The notes: generated from the sequence alone by a model not told the origin. A DNA stretch of 64,000 nucleotides from an uncultured bacterium (GCA_963716205.1 OY970290.1:367417-431416); one strand, 5' to 3'; shown: positions 44,987 to 55,877, numbered from the stretch's first letter. Made by a program: numbers and translations.

Positions 44987-46774
44987 ATGGAAATACGAAA
45001 CATCGCAATCATCGCGCACGTTGACCACGGCAAGACGACCCTCACGGACGCCATTTTGAGGCAGACAGGCATGGTCACGGGAGACGTGAGTATGGACTCC
45101 AACAAACTCGAACAAGAGCGCGGTATTACCATTTATGCGAAAAACACCTCGATTTTCTACAAAGATACCAAGATCAATATTGTCGATACTCCCGGCCACG
45201 CAGACTTCGGCTCGGAAGTTGAGCGCGTGCTCCGCTCCATCGACACCGTGCTTCTTGTCGTCGACGCGCAGGAAGGTCCGATGCCACAGACCAGATTTGT
45301 TTTGAAGAAATCTTTGGAGCTCGGTCTCAAGCCGATCGTCGTCATCAATAAAATCGACAAAGCTGCCGCACGACCAGAAGAAGTGCATGAAGAAGTTTTG
45401 GAATTATTCCTCGAGCTTGGAGCAAATGATGAACAGCTCAATTTTCCATATATTTATGCTATCGGCAGAAAAGGTGTTGCGATGCGGGAATTGAAAGATG
45501 AACAAAAAGATCTCACTCCGCTTTTGGATTTGATCTTGGAAAAGGTTCCCGCAGCAACGACTCCGGAAAATCTTGCGCAGCCTTTTTCCGCGCAGATTTT
45601 CAATCTCGCATATGATAACTTCCTCGGCAGACTTGGAATCGCAAGAATTTATACTGGAAAAGTAAAAGACGGGCAGACAATCTTCGTCAAAGATATGGAC
45701 GGCAAAAGCAGACAGGCAAGAATCACGAAACTCTACACGTTCAAAGGCATTCAAAAAGATGCTGTTGTGGAAGCTTCTGCCGGTGACATTGTGATGATCG
45801 CAGGTATTACTGATGCATATATCGGCGAGACACTTTGTGAAAATGATACGCAAACTCCTCTTCCGTCTATTAATATTGACGAACCAACTATTTCTATGAG
45901 TTTCTTGGTCAATGATTCCCCATTTGCCGGCAAAGAAGGAAAATTTGTCACTGGACGGCAGATTCGCGAACGACTTGAAAAAGAGCTCGAAGTGAACGTT
46001 GGTCTGAAAGTTGATTTCTCGAGCGAACCAATGACCGTTTATGGTCGTGGTGAACTTCATATTGCGATTTTGATAGAAAATATGCGCCGCGAAGGATTTG
46101 AGCTCCAAGTTTCCCAGCCGCAAGCAATTATCAAAGAAATTGATGGTGTTAAATCTGAGCCATTTGAAGAAGTGATCGTCGACGTACCATCAGAATTCCA
46201 AGGAACTATCATTGAAAAGCTCGGCAAAAGAAAAGGTATCATGAAAGACATGAAGATCAAGGATAATCAGGTCAGAATGATTTTTGAAATACCGACTCGC
46301 GGACTCTTGGGCTATCGCGGCTCATTCGTCGTCGATACCAAGGGTCTCGGCATCCTTTCCTCGCGATTCATCGGCTTCCGACCGTATGCAGGAGAAATAC
46401 AAAAGCAGGAATTCGGCTCGATGACCTCGATGGTTTCCGGCAAAGCTATGGCATATTCACTTTGGAACTTGCAAGAACGCGGCGTACTTTACATTGACCC
46501 AGCAATTGATATCTATGAAGGTATGGTCATCGGCCATGTGCTCAATGGCGAAGACCTTGAAGTTAATCCGATTAAAAATAAAACTCTCACCAACGTCCGC
46601 GCCTCGTCATCAGATGAAGCACTGTATCTCGTCCCGCCAATGCGAATGGATATTGAAAAAGGATTGGAGATCATGCAAGGCGATGAATATCTCGAAATCA
46701 CTCCAAAAAATGTCCGCCTGCGCAAAAAGTTTTTGACAAAACAAGAGAGAGATAGGAATAGAAGGAAAGAATAA
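44987..46774 (+). CDS. typA: translational GTPase TypA/BipA
   Basis: RNIAIIAHVDHGKTTL, DTPGHADF and NKIDK. 595 aa. Terminator at 46785-46823. Confidence 0.9.
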   Translation: MEIRNIAIIAHVDHGKTTLTDAILRQTGMVTGDVSMDSNKLEQERGITIYAKNTSIFYKDTKINIVDTPGHADFGSEVERVLRSIDTVLLVVDAQEGPMPQTRFVLKKSLELGLKPIVVINKIDKAAARPEEVHEEVLELFLELGANDEQLNFPYIYAIGRKGVAMRELKDEQKDLTPLLDLILEKVPAATTPENLAQPFSAQIFNLAYDNFLGRLGIARIYTGKVKDGQTIFVKDMDGKSRQARITKLYTFKGIQKDAVVEASAGDIVMIAGITDAYIGETLCENDTQTPLPSINIDEPTISMSFLVNDSPFAGKEGKFVTGRQIRERLEKELEVNVGLKVDFSSEPMTVYGRGELHIAILIENMRREGFELQVSQPQAIIKEIDGVKSEPFEEVIVDVPSEFQGTIIEKLGKRKGIMKDMKIKDNQVRMIFEIPTRGLLGYRGSFVVDTKGLGILSSRFIGFRPYAGEIQKQEFGSMTSMVSGKAMAYSLWNLQERGVLYIDPAIDIYEGMVIGHVLNGEDLEVNPIKNKTLTNVRASSSDEALYLVPPMRMDIEKGLEIMQGDEYLEITPKNVRLRKKFLTKQERDRNRRKE

Positions 46775-46848
46775 AAAAACAAAGGAGGGTTTTCGCGAAG
46801 CGAAAGCCCTCCTTTGTTTTAGGATTATATTTTGCTACAATATCTTTC

Positions 46849-47943
46849 ATGCCAGACAAAGAAAATAAACCAAAAATCAGCACCGAGCCGTACAAGGGTG
46901 TGCGGGATTTTTATCCGGAGGATATGGCTATCCAGAACTATATTTTTGGTGTTTGGAAAACAACTGCCGAGAGCTTTGGTTATAGCGAATACGGCGCATC
47001 AATTCTTGAGCCGACAGAACTCTACAAAGCAAAATCCGGTGATGAGCTGGTAAATGAACAAACATATTCATTCAAAGACCGCGGTGAGCGAGATGTAACC
47101 CTTCGCCCAGAAATGACCCCGACCGTTGCACGTATGATTGCTGCAAAAAGAAAGGAATTGCGATTTCCTCTTCGTTGGTATTCAATTCCAAATCTTTTCA
47201 GGTATGAAAAGCCACAACGTGGACGACTGCGTGAATTCTATCAGTTCAATGCCGATATTTTTGGTGTGGAAGAAATTGAGGCAGATACTGAAATCATTTC
47301 TCTTTCATATCAAATTATGAAAAATTTTGGTCTGGCTGAAAAACAATTTGAAATCCGGATAAGCTTTGGTTCGGGTGCATCAAAAGATGATGTGATGAAA
47401 TTGATAGAAAAACTGAAAAAAATTGGAATAAAAAATACCGTTTTTGATGAAACAATTGCACGAGGAATGCAATATTACACGGGAATTGTGTTTGAAATCT
47501 ACGATACGAATCCAGAAAATTCTCGAGCACTCTTTGGTGGCGGGCGATATGACAATCTTCTTGATGTTTTTGGCGTAGAAAAAATTCCTGCAGTTGGAAT
47601 TGGCTCTGGAGATGTCGGTATCAAAAATGTTTTAGAAACATATCACCTCATACCTGAAATTAATTCAACGACAAAAATATATATGTGCCCAATGTCAGCA
47701 AAGCAGATCCCGTATGCACAAGAACTGGCGCAAAAAATCCGGATACACAATATATCAGTTGCTGTAGATTATTCAGTCAAGAAGGTCGGCGATCAGATCA
47801 AATATGCCGACAAAAATAAAATTCCATATGTTTTAATTATTGGTGAAGAAGAAGTAAAGAGCGATACATTTAAAATAAAAGAACTCGCAACTGGGACGGA
47901 AACCGAAGTTACTGAAAAAACCATCGCCGAGGTTCTCAACTAA
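46849..47943 (+). CDS. hisS: histidyl-tRNA synthetase
   Basis: Motif 2 RYEKPQRGRLREFYQFN. Motif 3 region GGGRYDNL. C-terminal anticodon-binding domain. 364 aa. Confidence 0.8.
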   Translation: MPDKENKPKISTEPYKGVRDFYPEDMAIQNYIFGVWKTTAESFGYSEYGASILEPTELYKAKSGDELVNEQTYSFKDRGERDVTLRPEMTPTVARMIAAKRKELRFPLRWYSIPNLFRYEKPQRGRLREFYQFNADIFGVEEIEADTEIISLSYQIMKNFGLAEKQFEIRISFGSGASKDDVMKLIEKLKKIGIKNTVFDETIARGMQYYTGIVFEIYDTNPENSRALFGGGRYDNLLDVFGVEKIPAVGIGSGDVGIKNVLETYHLIPEINSTTKIYMCPMSAKQIPYAQELAQKIRIHNISVAVDYSVKKVGDQIKYADKNKIPYVLIIGEEEVKSDTFKIKELATGTETEVTEKTIAEVLN

Positions 47944-47944
47944 T

Positions 47945-48520
47945 ATGAAAAAAATCGTCTTTGATATTGAAACAAGCAATGATTTCGTTGCTGCTGGCTC
48001 AAGTGATCCGGCGGCACTTGATATGTCATGCGTTTGTATTTATGATTACGAAACCGACAAGTATTCCAGTTTTACACAAGAAAATATCAAAGATATCTGG
48101 CCTATTTTTGAAAAAGCGGATTTGCTCATCGGCTTCAACAGCGATCATTTTGATATTCCAATTCTGAACAAATATTATTCCGGAGATCTGACAAAGATCA
48201 AAAGCTTGGATTTGCTCAAAGAAGTGAAAAATTCCCTCGGCAGAAGGATCAAGCTTGATACCATCGCGGAAGCGACACTTGGCAGAAATAAGACCGGACA
48301 CGGTATGGATGCAATCATCTGGTGGAAAGCAGGTGAAAAGCAAAAAGTCATTGACTACTGCATTGAGGACGTAAAAATTACGAAAGAGGTCTATGAATAT
48401 GCACTGAAAAATAAATCTTTGAAGTATATGGATGGAAAAGAAATAAAGGAAATCAAGATTGATACTTCAAACTGGGATACAAAAAAGGATTCAGGAATAA
48501 CCTTTACGCTTCCGTTTTAG
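47945..48520 (+). CDS. predicted 3'-5' exonuclease (RNase H-like / YprB-type)
   Basis: KIVFDIETSND (DEDD motif I) and FNSDHFDIPIL. Confidence 0.5.
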   Translation: MKKIVFDIETSNDFVAAGSSDPAALDMSCVCIYDYETDKYSSFTQENIKDIWPIFEKADLLIGFNSDHFDIPILNKYYSGDLTKIKSLDLLKEVKNSLGRRIKLDTIAEATLGRNKTGHGMDAIIWWKAGEKQKVIDYCIEDVKITKEVYEYALKNKSLKYMDGKEIKEIKIDTSNWDTKKDSGITFTLPF

Positions 48521-49512
48521 TTATTCAAATATTTTGCTTGGTTTGCATTTTGCTCGGCAAGCGTCGTCGCATAGTGCATATTTCCTTGACTGTCGCTTAA
48601 AAAATACAAATAGGGGGTTTGTGTCGGTGTTATCGCATCGCCTATCGCCGAAAGTCCAGGATTTGAAATCGGAGTGGGCGGCAAACCTTGATGATTATAA
48701 GAATTATACGGCGAGTCCGACTGCAAGTTTTCCAAAGTCGTCGTGCCGAGAAGATAGTTAATGTATTTGAAAGATGAATCCACCTGAAGCGCCATACCAA
48801 GCTGGATGCGCTTCCACAAAATCCCAGCGATTATTCTGCGGGAATCATCCGTGCTCGCCTCGTCTTCAAGAATCGACGCCATTTTGATGACATCAGATTG
48901 TGATTTGCCGAATATTTTGATAGCAGTTTGAAGCGTCTGGATTTTTTCATTAAAATTATTATTCATAATCGTGATGACATCATTTTCATCGGCATTGGGC
49001 ATAAAAAAATATGTATCAGGAAAAAGATATCCTTCAAAATTTTGACTTTGAACAATGGCGAGAAATTTTTGAGAATTGAACAACGGGAGATCTTTTTGAA
49101 AAATTTCCGCCATTTGAAATGAGCTCAATCCTTCCGGGATGGTGATTTTCACCGGCTTGATATCGAGATCGCCGTAAGAAAATCTCCATGCCAATTCAAA
49201 CACGTTTTGCCGCGCATACAATGCATAATCTCCGGCAATCGTTTTCCGTTCGCCAAAAGAAAAAAGGTAGATGAATGTCTTAAACCAAAATGGCGAACGT
49301 ATCGCGCCCATGTCGAGCAAATTATAAGCGGTTTCGGTATATGTCTGTCCGGATTTCAAATCATATGCTGAGGCAAGAGGAAAAGCGGAAGGTGGCGACC
49401 AGAAAAATGCATAAAAAAGAACAGCGATAATGCCGATGCTGAATATTAAAAATTCTCTTGTTAGGAATTTTTGATAGTGCTTGCATCGTTCCAAAAGATT
49501 GGAATACCACAT
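48517..49512 (-). CDS. mltG: endolytic murein transglycosylase MltG (YceG-like)
   Basis: N-terminal TM, YceG domain and GLPPTPISNPG motif. Confidence 0.65.
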   Translation of the reverse strand: MWYSNLLERCKHYQKFLTREFLIFSIGIIAVLFYAFFWSPPSAFPLASAYDLKSGQTYTETAYNLLDMGAIRSPFWFKTFIYLFSFGERKTIAGDYALYARQNVFELAWRFSYGDLDIKPVKITIPEGLSSFQMAEIFQKDLPLFNSQKFLAIVQSQNFEGYLFPDTYFFMPNADENDVITIMNNNFNEKIQTLQTAIKIFGKSQSDVIKMASILEDEASTDDSRRIIAGILWKRIQLGMALQVDSSFKYINYLLGTTTLENLQSDSPYNSYNHQGLPPTPISNPGLSAIGDAITPTQTPYLYFLSDSQGNMHYATTLAEQNANQAKYLNN

Positions 49513-49514
49513 GG

Positions 49515-50855
49515 CTATATCGGAAGATTTGACGGGGCTTCCGACTTTTTGGATTCGACTCGTTTGAGCGTCGGCGTCTGAGAAACGATTCCGCCTGGGA
49601 AATGAAACATGGTGGCAAGCTCTTCCGTATTCATGATGAATGGCTTTGCTTTATAATGCTTATATGGCCACTGAAAAAATGAGCGGAGTTTGTATGCGTG
49701 AAGGAGATTCTTTTTATATAAGGAGATTCTTTCATCGTTTGATTTTTTCAAAAAAGGGAGAATTCTGGTCAAATCTTTTCTTTCATCGCTGATATCTGCT
49801 GAAATCGGCCTGAAGCTGTTCAGATCTCCAGAACCGTATTGTCGCAGACAACCGATCAGACCGCCGATATTCGCTGAATTAAAAGCGTCTTTTTTAGCAA
49901 TATAAACGCTTCGTATCATGCAGTCAAAGGCCGTTTTGCCCATACTTCGTTCAAGTGCGGCGATTCTTTCATTTTGACCTTTTGTCGGATTTGGAAATCT
50001 TGGCATCTCATAATCACCTTTCGATTCCGGTATTGCTTCTTTTCTTATTTTTTCTATTTCCTCTTTGTGCTCATCCTTAATTTTTCTCGCTTTGCCAAAA
50101 ATCGGAATCATTAGTTTCTTAAAAAAGCCGTCTTTTTTCTCATCAGATTCCAGTGCCAAAACTCCGTGCTTCCAGCTTTCTGATTCATGTTTCTCGATAA
50201 GAATCTGTATCCATGCATTTTCTCCCGCTTTGAGTGAACCGAGAAACTCTAAAACTGAGGTTATGGGATCTATTTTATGCTCATCTTTCGGATTCTGATC
50301 AAGTCCATAATCAATATATGTTTTTATCGGATATGGATCGGATTTAGCAAATTTGTACTGCGTGGCAGCCATATTATATTTTTCCATATTGAAACTGACG
50401 GCGTTCGTATAATCAGCCGATTGATCAACTGCATAGATTTCAAGATTCGGATACTGCGCATATAGCTGCGCTTCCACAAGATTTTTAAATTTATCTTGGC
50501 TACACCAGATAAAAAATCTGACTTGTCCTCCTGTCGAGACAAGCTCACAGGAAAACCAAGGACGAGTTTTTCCGTCGATAAATGCCTCGCCCCAATTCCC
50601 CGCCCCAGACTGCCATAGATATGAAAAGAATATTTCCATTCCTGCCGGCGATTTTAAAATTTCCTTCGGCAGCTTGATCTCGAGCAAGCACGGCTTTTGT
50701 GCTTCGACAAATTTGAGCGTCAGCCATCTGAAACGCAGAATCCAAAAAACGATAATAAGAATAATGGGCAAGAAAATAGGTAGCAGGATAACGAGCAACT
50801 TGATAACGACTGGAAAAAGCCCTTGATTGATTGAGTTTAAAAATGTATTCAACAT
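49515..50855 (-). CDS. membrane-anchored hypothetical protein (446 aa)
   Basis: N-terminal double TM followed by a large domain. The gap to mltG is 2 bp. Confidence 0.4.
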   Translation of the reverse strand: MLNTFLNSINQGLFPVVIKLLVILLPIFLPIILIIVFWILRFRWLTLKFVEAQKPCLLEIKLPKEILKSPAGMEIFFSYLWQSGAGNWGEAFIDGKTRPWFSCELVSTGGQVRFFIWCSQDKFKNLVEAQLYAQYPNLEIYAVDQSADYTNAVSFNMEKYNMAATQYKFAKSDPYPIKTYIDYGLDQNPKDEHKIDPITSVLEFLGSLKAGENAWIQILIEKHESESWKHGVLALESDEKKDGFFKKLMIPIFGKARKIKDEHKEEIEKIRKEAIPESKGDYEMPRFPNPTKGQNERIAALERSMGKTAFDCMIRSVYIAKKDAFNSANIGGLIGCLRQYGSGDLNSFRPISADISDERKDLTRILPFLKKSNDERISLYKKNLLHAYKLRSFFQWPYKHYKAKPFIMNTEELATMFHFPGGIVSQTPTLKRVESKKSEAPSNLPI

Positions 50856-50924
50856 CGCAGTAATGACAATTATATCAAATATGCATAATAAAAGAAAATC
50901 CCGTTTTCACGGGTTTTTCTTTTA

Positions 50925-51959
50925 TTATTTGATTACTTCGTATTTTCCATCTTTGTTTTTTCTGAAATATTTTTTATTTTGCAGATTGATGACAATAGTG
51001 TTTTCCTTGACGTATCTTTCTTTCATGACTTTGTCCACGATTTCTTTCTTGGTCAACGGACCATTTTTCTCTATGAGCTTTCGGATGACATCTTTGACAA
51101 CTCCGCTCATATAACCCCATTCTGAAAGCGCATATAATCCCCGGCCGACGAGGACAAAGCGCGGATCTTTGATCAATTCATTATGAGTCGTTGCAACATG
51201 GGCTTTTTTGTTGAAAACCGTTGTGATTGCTTTTGCAACTTCCCGGAAATGGATCGGTGAGCCATGCTTTCTGATGACCAAATATGCATAATCGCGCATG
51301 CCTTTTGTGCTGATATTCGGAGATTTTGTTTTTCCCCATTCGCCAAGCGGATTCTTTGAAACTTTTTTTGAAAGATTCATCCATCGTTTCGCGATTTCTT
51401 CGGTGCGGTATTGGTCGGCAACATTTTCGACATAGCCAAGAAATTTCTTGATCATTTCTTGTTCTGAAACAAGCTCGTCATCTTTTAAGCTTTCATAGAG
51501 TTTCTTGAGCGAGCCTTCAATTTTTTCCCTCAAGTCTTTGTCGATAAACCATCGGTGCTTGAAATCTTCGTCTTCCTTCATTTTATTGAACGGATGGCCA
51601 ACAACGAGCAAAAAGTTCATTTGATTCTGCGTGCTTTCATCTTTGGAAACATGGTCGAGGAGATCCTGTTCAACCACAATACCACCAAGATCACGGATAA
51701 GTTTTTCCAATTCATCGAATACCGCTTTTTCTTCGTTATAATTTTTGGATTTTCGTATAACTGCAATCGCATGATTTTCTATCTGTCTGACTCTTTCTCT
51801 CGTAATGCCATAGGTCTTGCCGATGGCGTCGAGGGTCATTTGATCCGAACTTTTTCCCAAACCATATCGTTTGGTGATGATATCGCGTGATCTCTCGCCG
51901 AGAGCGAGGAGTAATTTTTTGACTGATTGTTTTGGCTTGAAATTCAACGCGGTTTTCAT
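50925..51959 (-). CDS. DNA-binding protein with N-terminal sigma-70 region-4 HTH and C-terminal HARE-HTH
   Basis: LDAIGKTYGITRERVRQIENHAIAVIRK (region 4.2-like). The C-terminal IHFREVAKAI...RFVLVGRGLYALSEW fits a HARE-HTH. Confidence 0.55.
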   Translation of the reverse strand: MKTALNFKPKQSVKKLLLALGERSRDIITKRYGLGKSSDQMTLDAIGKTYGITRERVRQIENHAIAVIRKSKNYNEEKAVFDELEKLIRDLGGIVVEQDLLDHVSKDESTQNQMNFLLVVGHPFNKMKEDEDFKHRWFIDKDLREKIEGSLKKLYESLKDDELVSEQEMIKKFLGYVENVADQYRTEEIAKRWMNLSKKVSKNPLGEWGKTKSPNISTKGMRDYAYLVIRKHGSPIHFREVAKAITTVFNKKAHVATTHNELIKDPRFVLVGRGLYALSEWGYMSGVVKDVIRKLIEKNGPLTKKEIVDKVMKERYVKENTIVINLQNKKYFRKNKDGKYEVIK

Positions 51960-52050
51960 GCTTTTGATAAATTAATAATACAATATATTTGACTGATGTC
52001 TTGTCAAGCCATACTATCACCTATTTGAAAAGAAGTCAACATCCTCTTGA

Positions 52051-54468
52051 CTAGCCGAGAACAAAGTTGATTATTCTGTTTTTAACGAAGATTTTTTTGA
52101 TAATCCGTTTGCTGGAAACCCACTTGACAACATCTTGATTCTGTAAAGCGATTTTCTCTACAAATTCCTGTGGGGAATCCGCAGGGACGTCAAGAGTAAC
52201 GCGAACTTTTCCGTTTATCTGAACAATGATGTTTGCATTTCTTGATTTCAATTTGCTTTCATCATATTTCGGCCAGCTCTCATTGATTATCATTTTTTTG
52301 CTGCTAAGTTTTGACCAAATTTCTTCGCAGACATGCGGAGCAAACGGAGAAAGAATCTTGATAAATAATAGATATGTTTCTTTGCTTATTTTTTCAGCTG
52401 TTTCAAGTTTATTTACTAAAATCATCATGGAAGAAATCGCTGTATTGAAACTCATCTGCTCAATATCATCTGAGACTTTTTTTATCGTCTGATGTAAAAG
52501 CATGACTCTGTTTTCGCTGTCGGTAAAATTTTCCACCAATTTTTCCTGGAGTTTCCAAACCTTGTCAAGAAATCTTCTTGAACCGACGATATTGTCCGAA
52601 CTCCATGCAATTGATTGGTCAAACGGTCCCATGAACATCTGATAAATACGAAGTGAATCCGCACCGAGATTTTTCACGATTTCATCAGGATTGATGACAT
52701 TTCCCCTCGATTTTGACATTTTTTCGCCATCTTCGCCCAAAACAAATCCTTGCGAGGTTCGCTTTTGATACGGTTCATTTGTCGGAACAAGTTTCAAATC
52801 ATAAAGAAATTTGTGCCAAAATCTTGAATACAAAAGATGCAATGTCGTATGCTCCATTCCGCCGTTATACCAGTCAACGGGAGTCCAATATTTCAAATTT
52901 TTCATATCCGCAAACTCTTTTGAATTTTTCGGATCCGTGTATCGTAAATAATACCATGATGAGCCTGCCCAGTTTGGCATCGTATCGGTTTCCCGTTTCG
53001 CTTTTCCTCCGCATTTTGGGCATGTCGTGTTCACCCATTTTGTAATCAAAGCCAAAGGCGATTCCCCCGTATCGGTCGGCTGATAATTTTTCACCATAGG
53101 GAGCTTGAGCGGCAAATCTTTTTCGGAAAGCGGAACAATGCCGTCTTTTTCACAATGAACGACCGGAATCGGCTCGCCCCAATAATGCTGCCGTGAAAAA
53201 ACCCAATCGCGAAGCTTGTATGTCGTGACCATTTTCCCTCCGGCAAATTCAGTGATCAGCTTCATTGCATCAACATTATTCATTCCGTTGAATTTTCCGG
53301 AATTAATCATTTTTCCATTTTCAGTATATGCAGATTTTGAAATATCTCCGCCTGCAATCACCTCTCGTATCGGCAAATGATATTTCTTTGCAAATGTAAA
53401 ATCACGGTTATCATGCGCCGGCACCGCCATGACAGCTCCCGTGCCATAATTGGCAAGGACGTAATCCGCGATGAATACCGGGACTTCTTCTTTACTGACC
53501 GGATTGACAGCTTGTATTCCTTCGAGAATAATTCCCGTTTTTTCTTTATTTTCCGCAGTTCTTTCTATTTCCGGCTTATTTTTTATTTCCTGTATATATT
53601 TTTCGATATCATTCCAATTTTTTATTTTTGGTTTTAATTCCTGCACCAACTCGCTTTCAGGGGCAATGACAACATATGAAAGACCGAAAAGTGTGTCTGG
53701 GCGTGTAGTGAATACTTTTATATCTTTACTGAAATCCTTTATCTTGAAACTTATTTCTGCACCCCCGCTTTTGCCGATCCAGTTTCTCTGCTGAATTTTT
53801 ATTTTTTCCAAAAAATCCACCTCGTCCAGATCTTTATCTAATCGATCCGCGTATTTCGTAATGGCAAGCATCCATTGCTCTTTTTCTTTTTTTTCCACCG
53901 GAGTGCCGCAACGTTCGCAGCAGCCGTTCACAACTTCTTCATTTGCAAGACCGATCTTGTCTTTCGGACACCAATTGATCGCCATCTTTTTTTTGTAGGC
54001 AAAACCGTGCTCGAAAAGCTTTAGGAAAATCCACTGTGTCCATTTGTAATATGCTGGATCTGACGTATTTATTTCCCGAGACCAGTCAAATGAAAAACCG
54101 ATGGATTTCAATTGTCTGCTGAAAGTCTTGGTATTCTTTTTTGTGACAATGGTCGGATGAATTCCGGTTCTAATCGCATAATTTTCCGTCGGTAAACCAA
54201 ATGCATCCCAGCCGATCGGATACAGCACGTTGTATCCTTCCATTCTTCTTTTCCGGCAAATGACATCCATTGCCGTATCCGTCCTGACATGACCCATGTG
54301 AATGCCATCACCCGATGGATACGGAAATTCTATTAGGCCGTAAAACTTTTCTTTTTTCGGATCTTCCTTTGCAACAAAAGATTTCCTCTTTTCCCATTCC
54401 TTTTGCCACTTTTTTTCAATTTTCACGTGGTCGTAATAGTTTTTCTTGTCCTTCATCTCTTTTTTCAT
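52051..54468 (-). CDS. leuS: leucyl-tRNA synthetase
   Basis: HMGHVRTDTAMDV (HIGH-type), KMSKS in GEKMSKSRGNV and a CP1 editing region. 805 aa. Confidence 0.9.
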   Translation of the reverse strand: MKKEMKDKKNYYDHVKIEKKWQKEWEKRKSFVAKEDPKKEKFYGLIEFPYPSGDGIHMGHVRTDTAMDVICRKRRMEGYNVLYPIGWDAFGLPTENYAIRTGIHPTIVTKKNTKTFSRQLKSIGFSFDWSREINTSDPAYYKWTQWIFLKLFEHGFAYKKKMAINWCPKDKIGLANEEVVNGCCERCGTPVEKKEKEQWMLAITKYADRLDKDLDEVDFLEKIKIQQRNWIGKSGGAEISFKIKDFSKDIKVFTTRPDTLFGLSYVVIAPESELVQELKPKIKNWNDIEKYIQEIKNKPEIERTAENKEKTGIILEGIQAVNPVSKEEVPVFIADYVLANYGTGAVMAVPAHDNRDFTFAKKYHLPIREVIAGGDISKSAYTENGKMINSGKFNGMNNVDAMKLITEFAGGKMVTTYKLRDWVFSRQHYWGEPIPVVHCEKDGIVPLSEKDLPLKLPMVKNYQPTDTGESPLALITKWVNTTCPKCGGKAKRETDTMPNWAGSSWYYLRYTDPKNSKEFADMKNLKYWTPVDWYNGGMEHTTLHLLYSRFWHKFLYDLKLVPTNEPYQKRTSQGFVLGEDGEKMSKSRGNVINPDEIVKNLGADSLRIYQMFMGPFDQSIAWSSDNIVGSRRFLDKVWKLQEKLVENFTDSENRVMLLHQTIKKVSDDIEQMSFNTAISSMMILVNKLETAEKISKETYLLFIKILSPFAPHVCEEIWSKLSSKKMIINESWPKYDESKLKSRNANIIVQINGKVRVTLDVPADSPQEFVEKIALQNQDVVKWVSSKRIIKKIFVKNRIINFVLG

Positions 54469-54590
54469 ACGTTCATATTACAATAAATAGACCTATAAAT
54501 AAAGCTTTATTTCCTGTTGACAAATGAGCGTGATGTTGCAACAATTGCGGTGGTTAGACTGTCAGTGAGACAGTCGGAAAGGATAAAACC

Positions 54591-54744
54591 AATGAAACTC
54601 GTTTATATATTGGTAAATAAAAATGGCGAACGGATTCGTCAAGAAAAAGAAATTGATTCTGCGGAAGTTCAAAAAGAAATTCAGCAACTTTTGAAACAAG
54701 CTGAAGAAGATGGCGATACAATCAAAAGTGTTATACCAGTCTAA
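54591..54744 (+). CDS. small hypothetical protein (about 51 aa from ATG 54591. The track ORF starts at 54517)
   Basis: RBS ggaaaggataaaaccaATG. A terminator hairpin aacctcatacattg...cagtgtatgaggtt + T-run lies at 54743-54786. Confidence 0.3.
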
Positions 54745-54783
54745 CCTCATACATTGTTCGCAGGCAGTGTATGAGGTTATTTT

Positions 54784-55833
54784 TTAATCCTCTACTTCTG
54801 GCTTTGCAATTTCTAAAATTTCAAATTCTGAATCGACACCGGTAATTTTTACCACATCTTTATCTATCTTTTTAAATTCTTTGTTTGAATTATTAAAATG
54901 GCTGACGGTCGTCGAAAGCGCATTGCCAAGCTTTTGGTGATATTCCTCGTAGCTTCGCAAATGCTTCTGCAGAGCTTCCACATTTTTTTTGATATCTTTT
55001 GCCGATTCCTCTATCTGAAGTGCTTTCAAACCTTGTAAAACTGTTTGCAGATATGCGAGAAACGAAGTCGGCGAAACAATGATGACATGCTTTTCTTTGA
55101 ACGCATATTCCACGAGATCACGAGTATTTACTTTGATCGCACCGACTTGCGAGACCAAAAGATCATAATAAATTGCCTCATGCGGAATGAACATAAATGC
55201 AAAATCCATTGTTCCTTCGCCTGGCTTCACGTATTTTGCGGTCTCATCAATCCTCTTTTTCAAATCTTCTTTGAATAATTTTTCCAGCCGTTCCTTTTCT
55301 GCAGGATTTTTCTCATCTACCAGACGATTATAATTTTCAAGCGAAAACTTTGAGTCAATCGGAATTATTTTATCTTTTACAAAAACAACTGCGTCCACAA
55401 TCGTGCCGTCTTTAAACGGATACTGCATTTGATAGCTCCCCGTCGGCAAAACATTTTTCAAAAGCGTTTCGAGATAATATTCACCGAGGATTCCCCGCTG
55501 TTTCGGATTCTTTAAAATATCCTGCAAGGATTGAAGTTGATCAGCAAAAGAAATGACTTGCTTGTTTGTCTCATCAAGCCGAGTGAGCTTTTCTGTGATA
55601 TCGCGGATGATATTGAATGACTGGCTGGATTGATTCTGGATCGACTCACGCATCTGCTTTGAACTCTCGCCTATTTTGGTATCCACAGTCCTGTTGAGCT
55701 CGTTAATTTGCTCGAGAATGAGTTTCAGACCCATGTCATCACTTTTTTTCTCATTAGTATTTTTCTTTGAAACAAGGATAAAAATAAGAAATGCAACAAT
55801 GATGAGCAGTAGAATAATAATGGCTGATGTCAT
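54784..55833 (-). CDS. rmuC: DNA recombination protein RmuC
   Basis: N-terminal TM, coiled coil and RmuC C-domain (FMFIPHEAIYYDLL). Confidence 0.7.
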   Translation of the reverse strand: MTSAIIILLLIIVAFLIFILVSKKNTNEKKSDDMGLKLILEQINELNRTVDTKIGESSKQMRESIQNQSSQSFNIIRDITEKLTRLDETNKQVISFADQLQSLQDILKNPKQRGILGEYYLETLLKNVLPTGSYQMQYPFKDGTIVDAVVFVKDKIIPIDSKFSLENYNRLVDEKNPAEKERLEKLFKEDLKKRIDETAKYVKPGEGTMDFAFMFIPHEAIYYDLLVSQVGAIKVNTRDLVEYAFKEKHVIIVSPTSFLAYLQTVLQGLKALQIEESAKDIKKNVEALQKHLRSYEEYHQKLGNALSTTVSHFNNSNKEFKKIDKDVVKITGVDSEFEILEIAKPEVED

Positions 55834-55877
55834 GAAGCCATTGTATCAAAAATATAAAAATATGCTAAAATTGCGGC

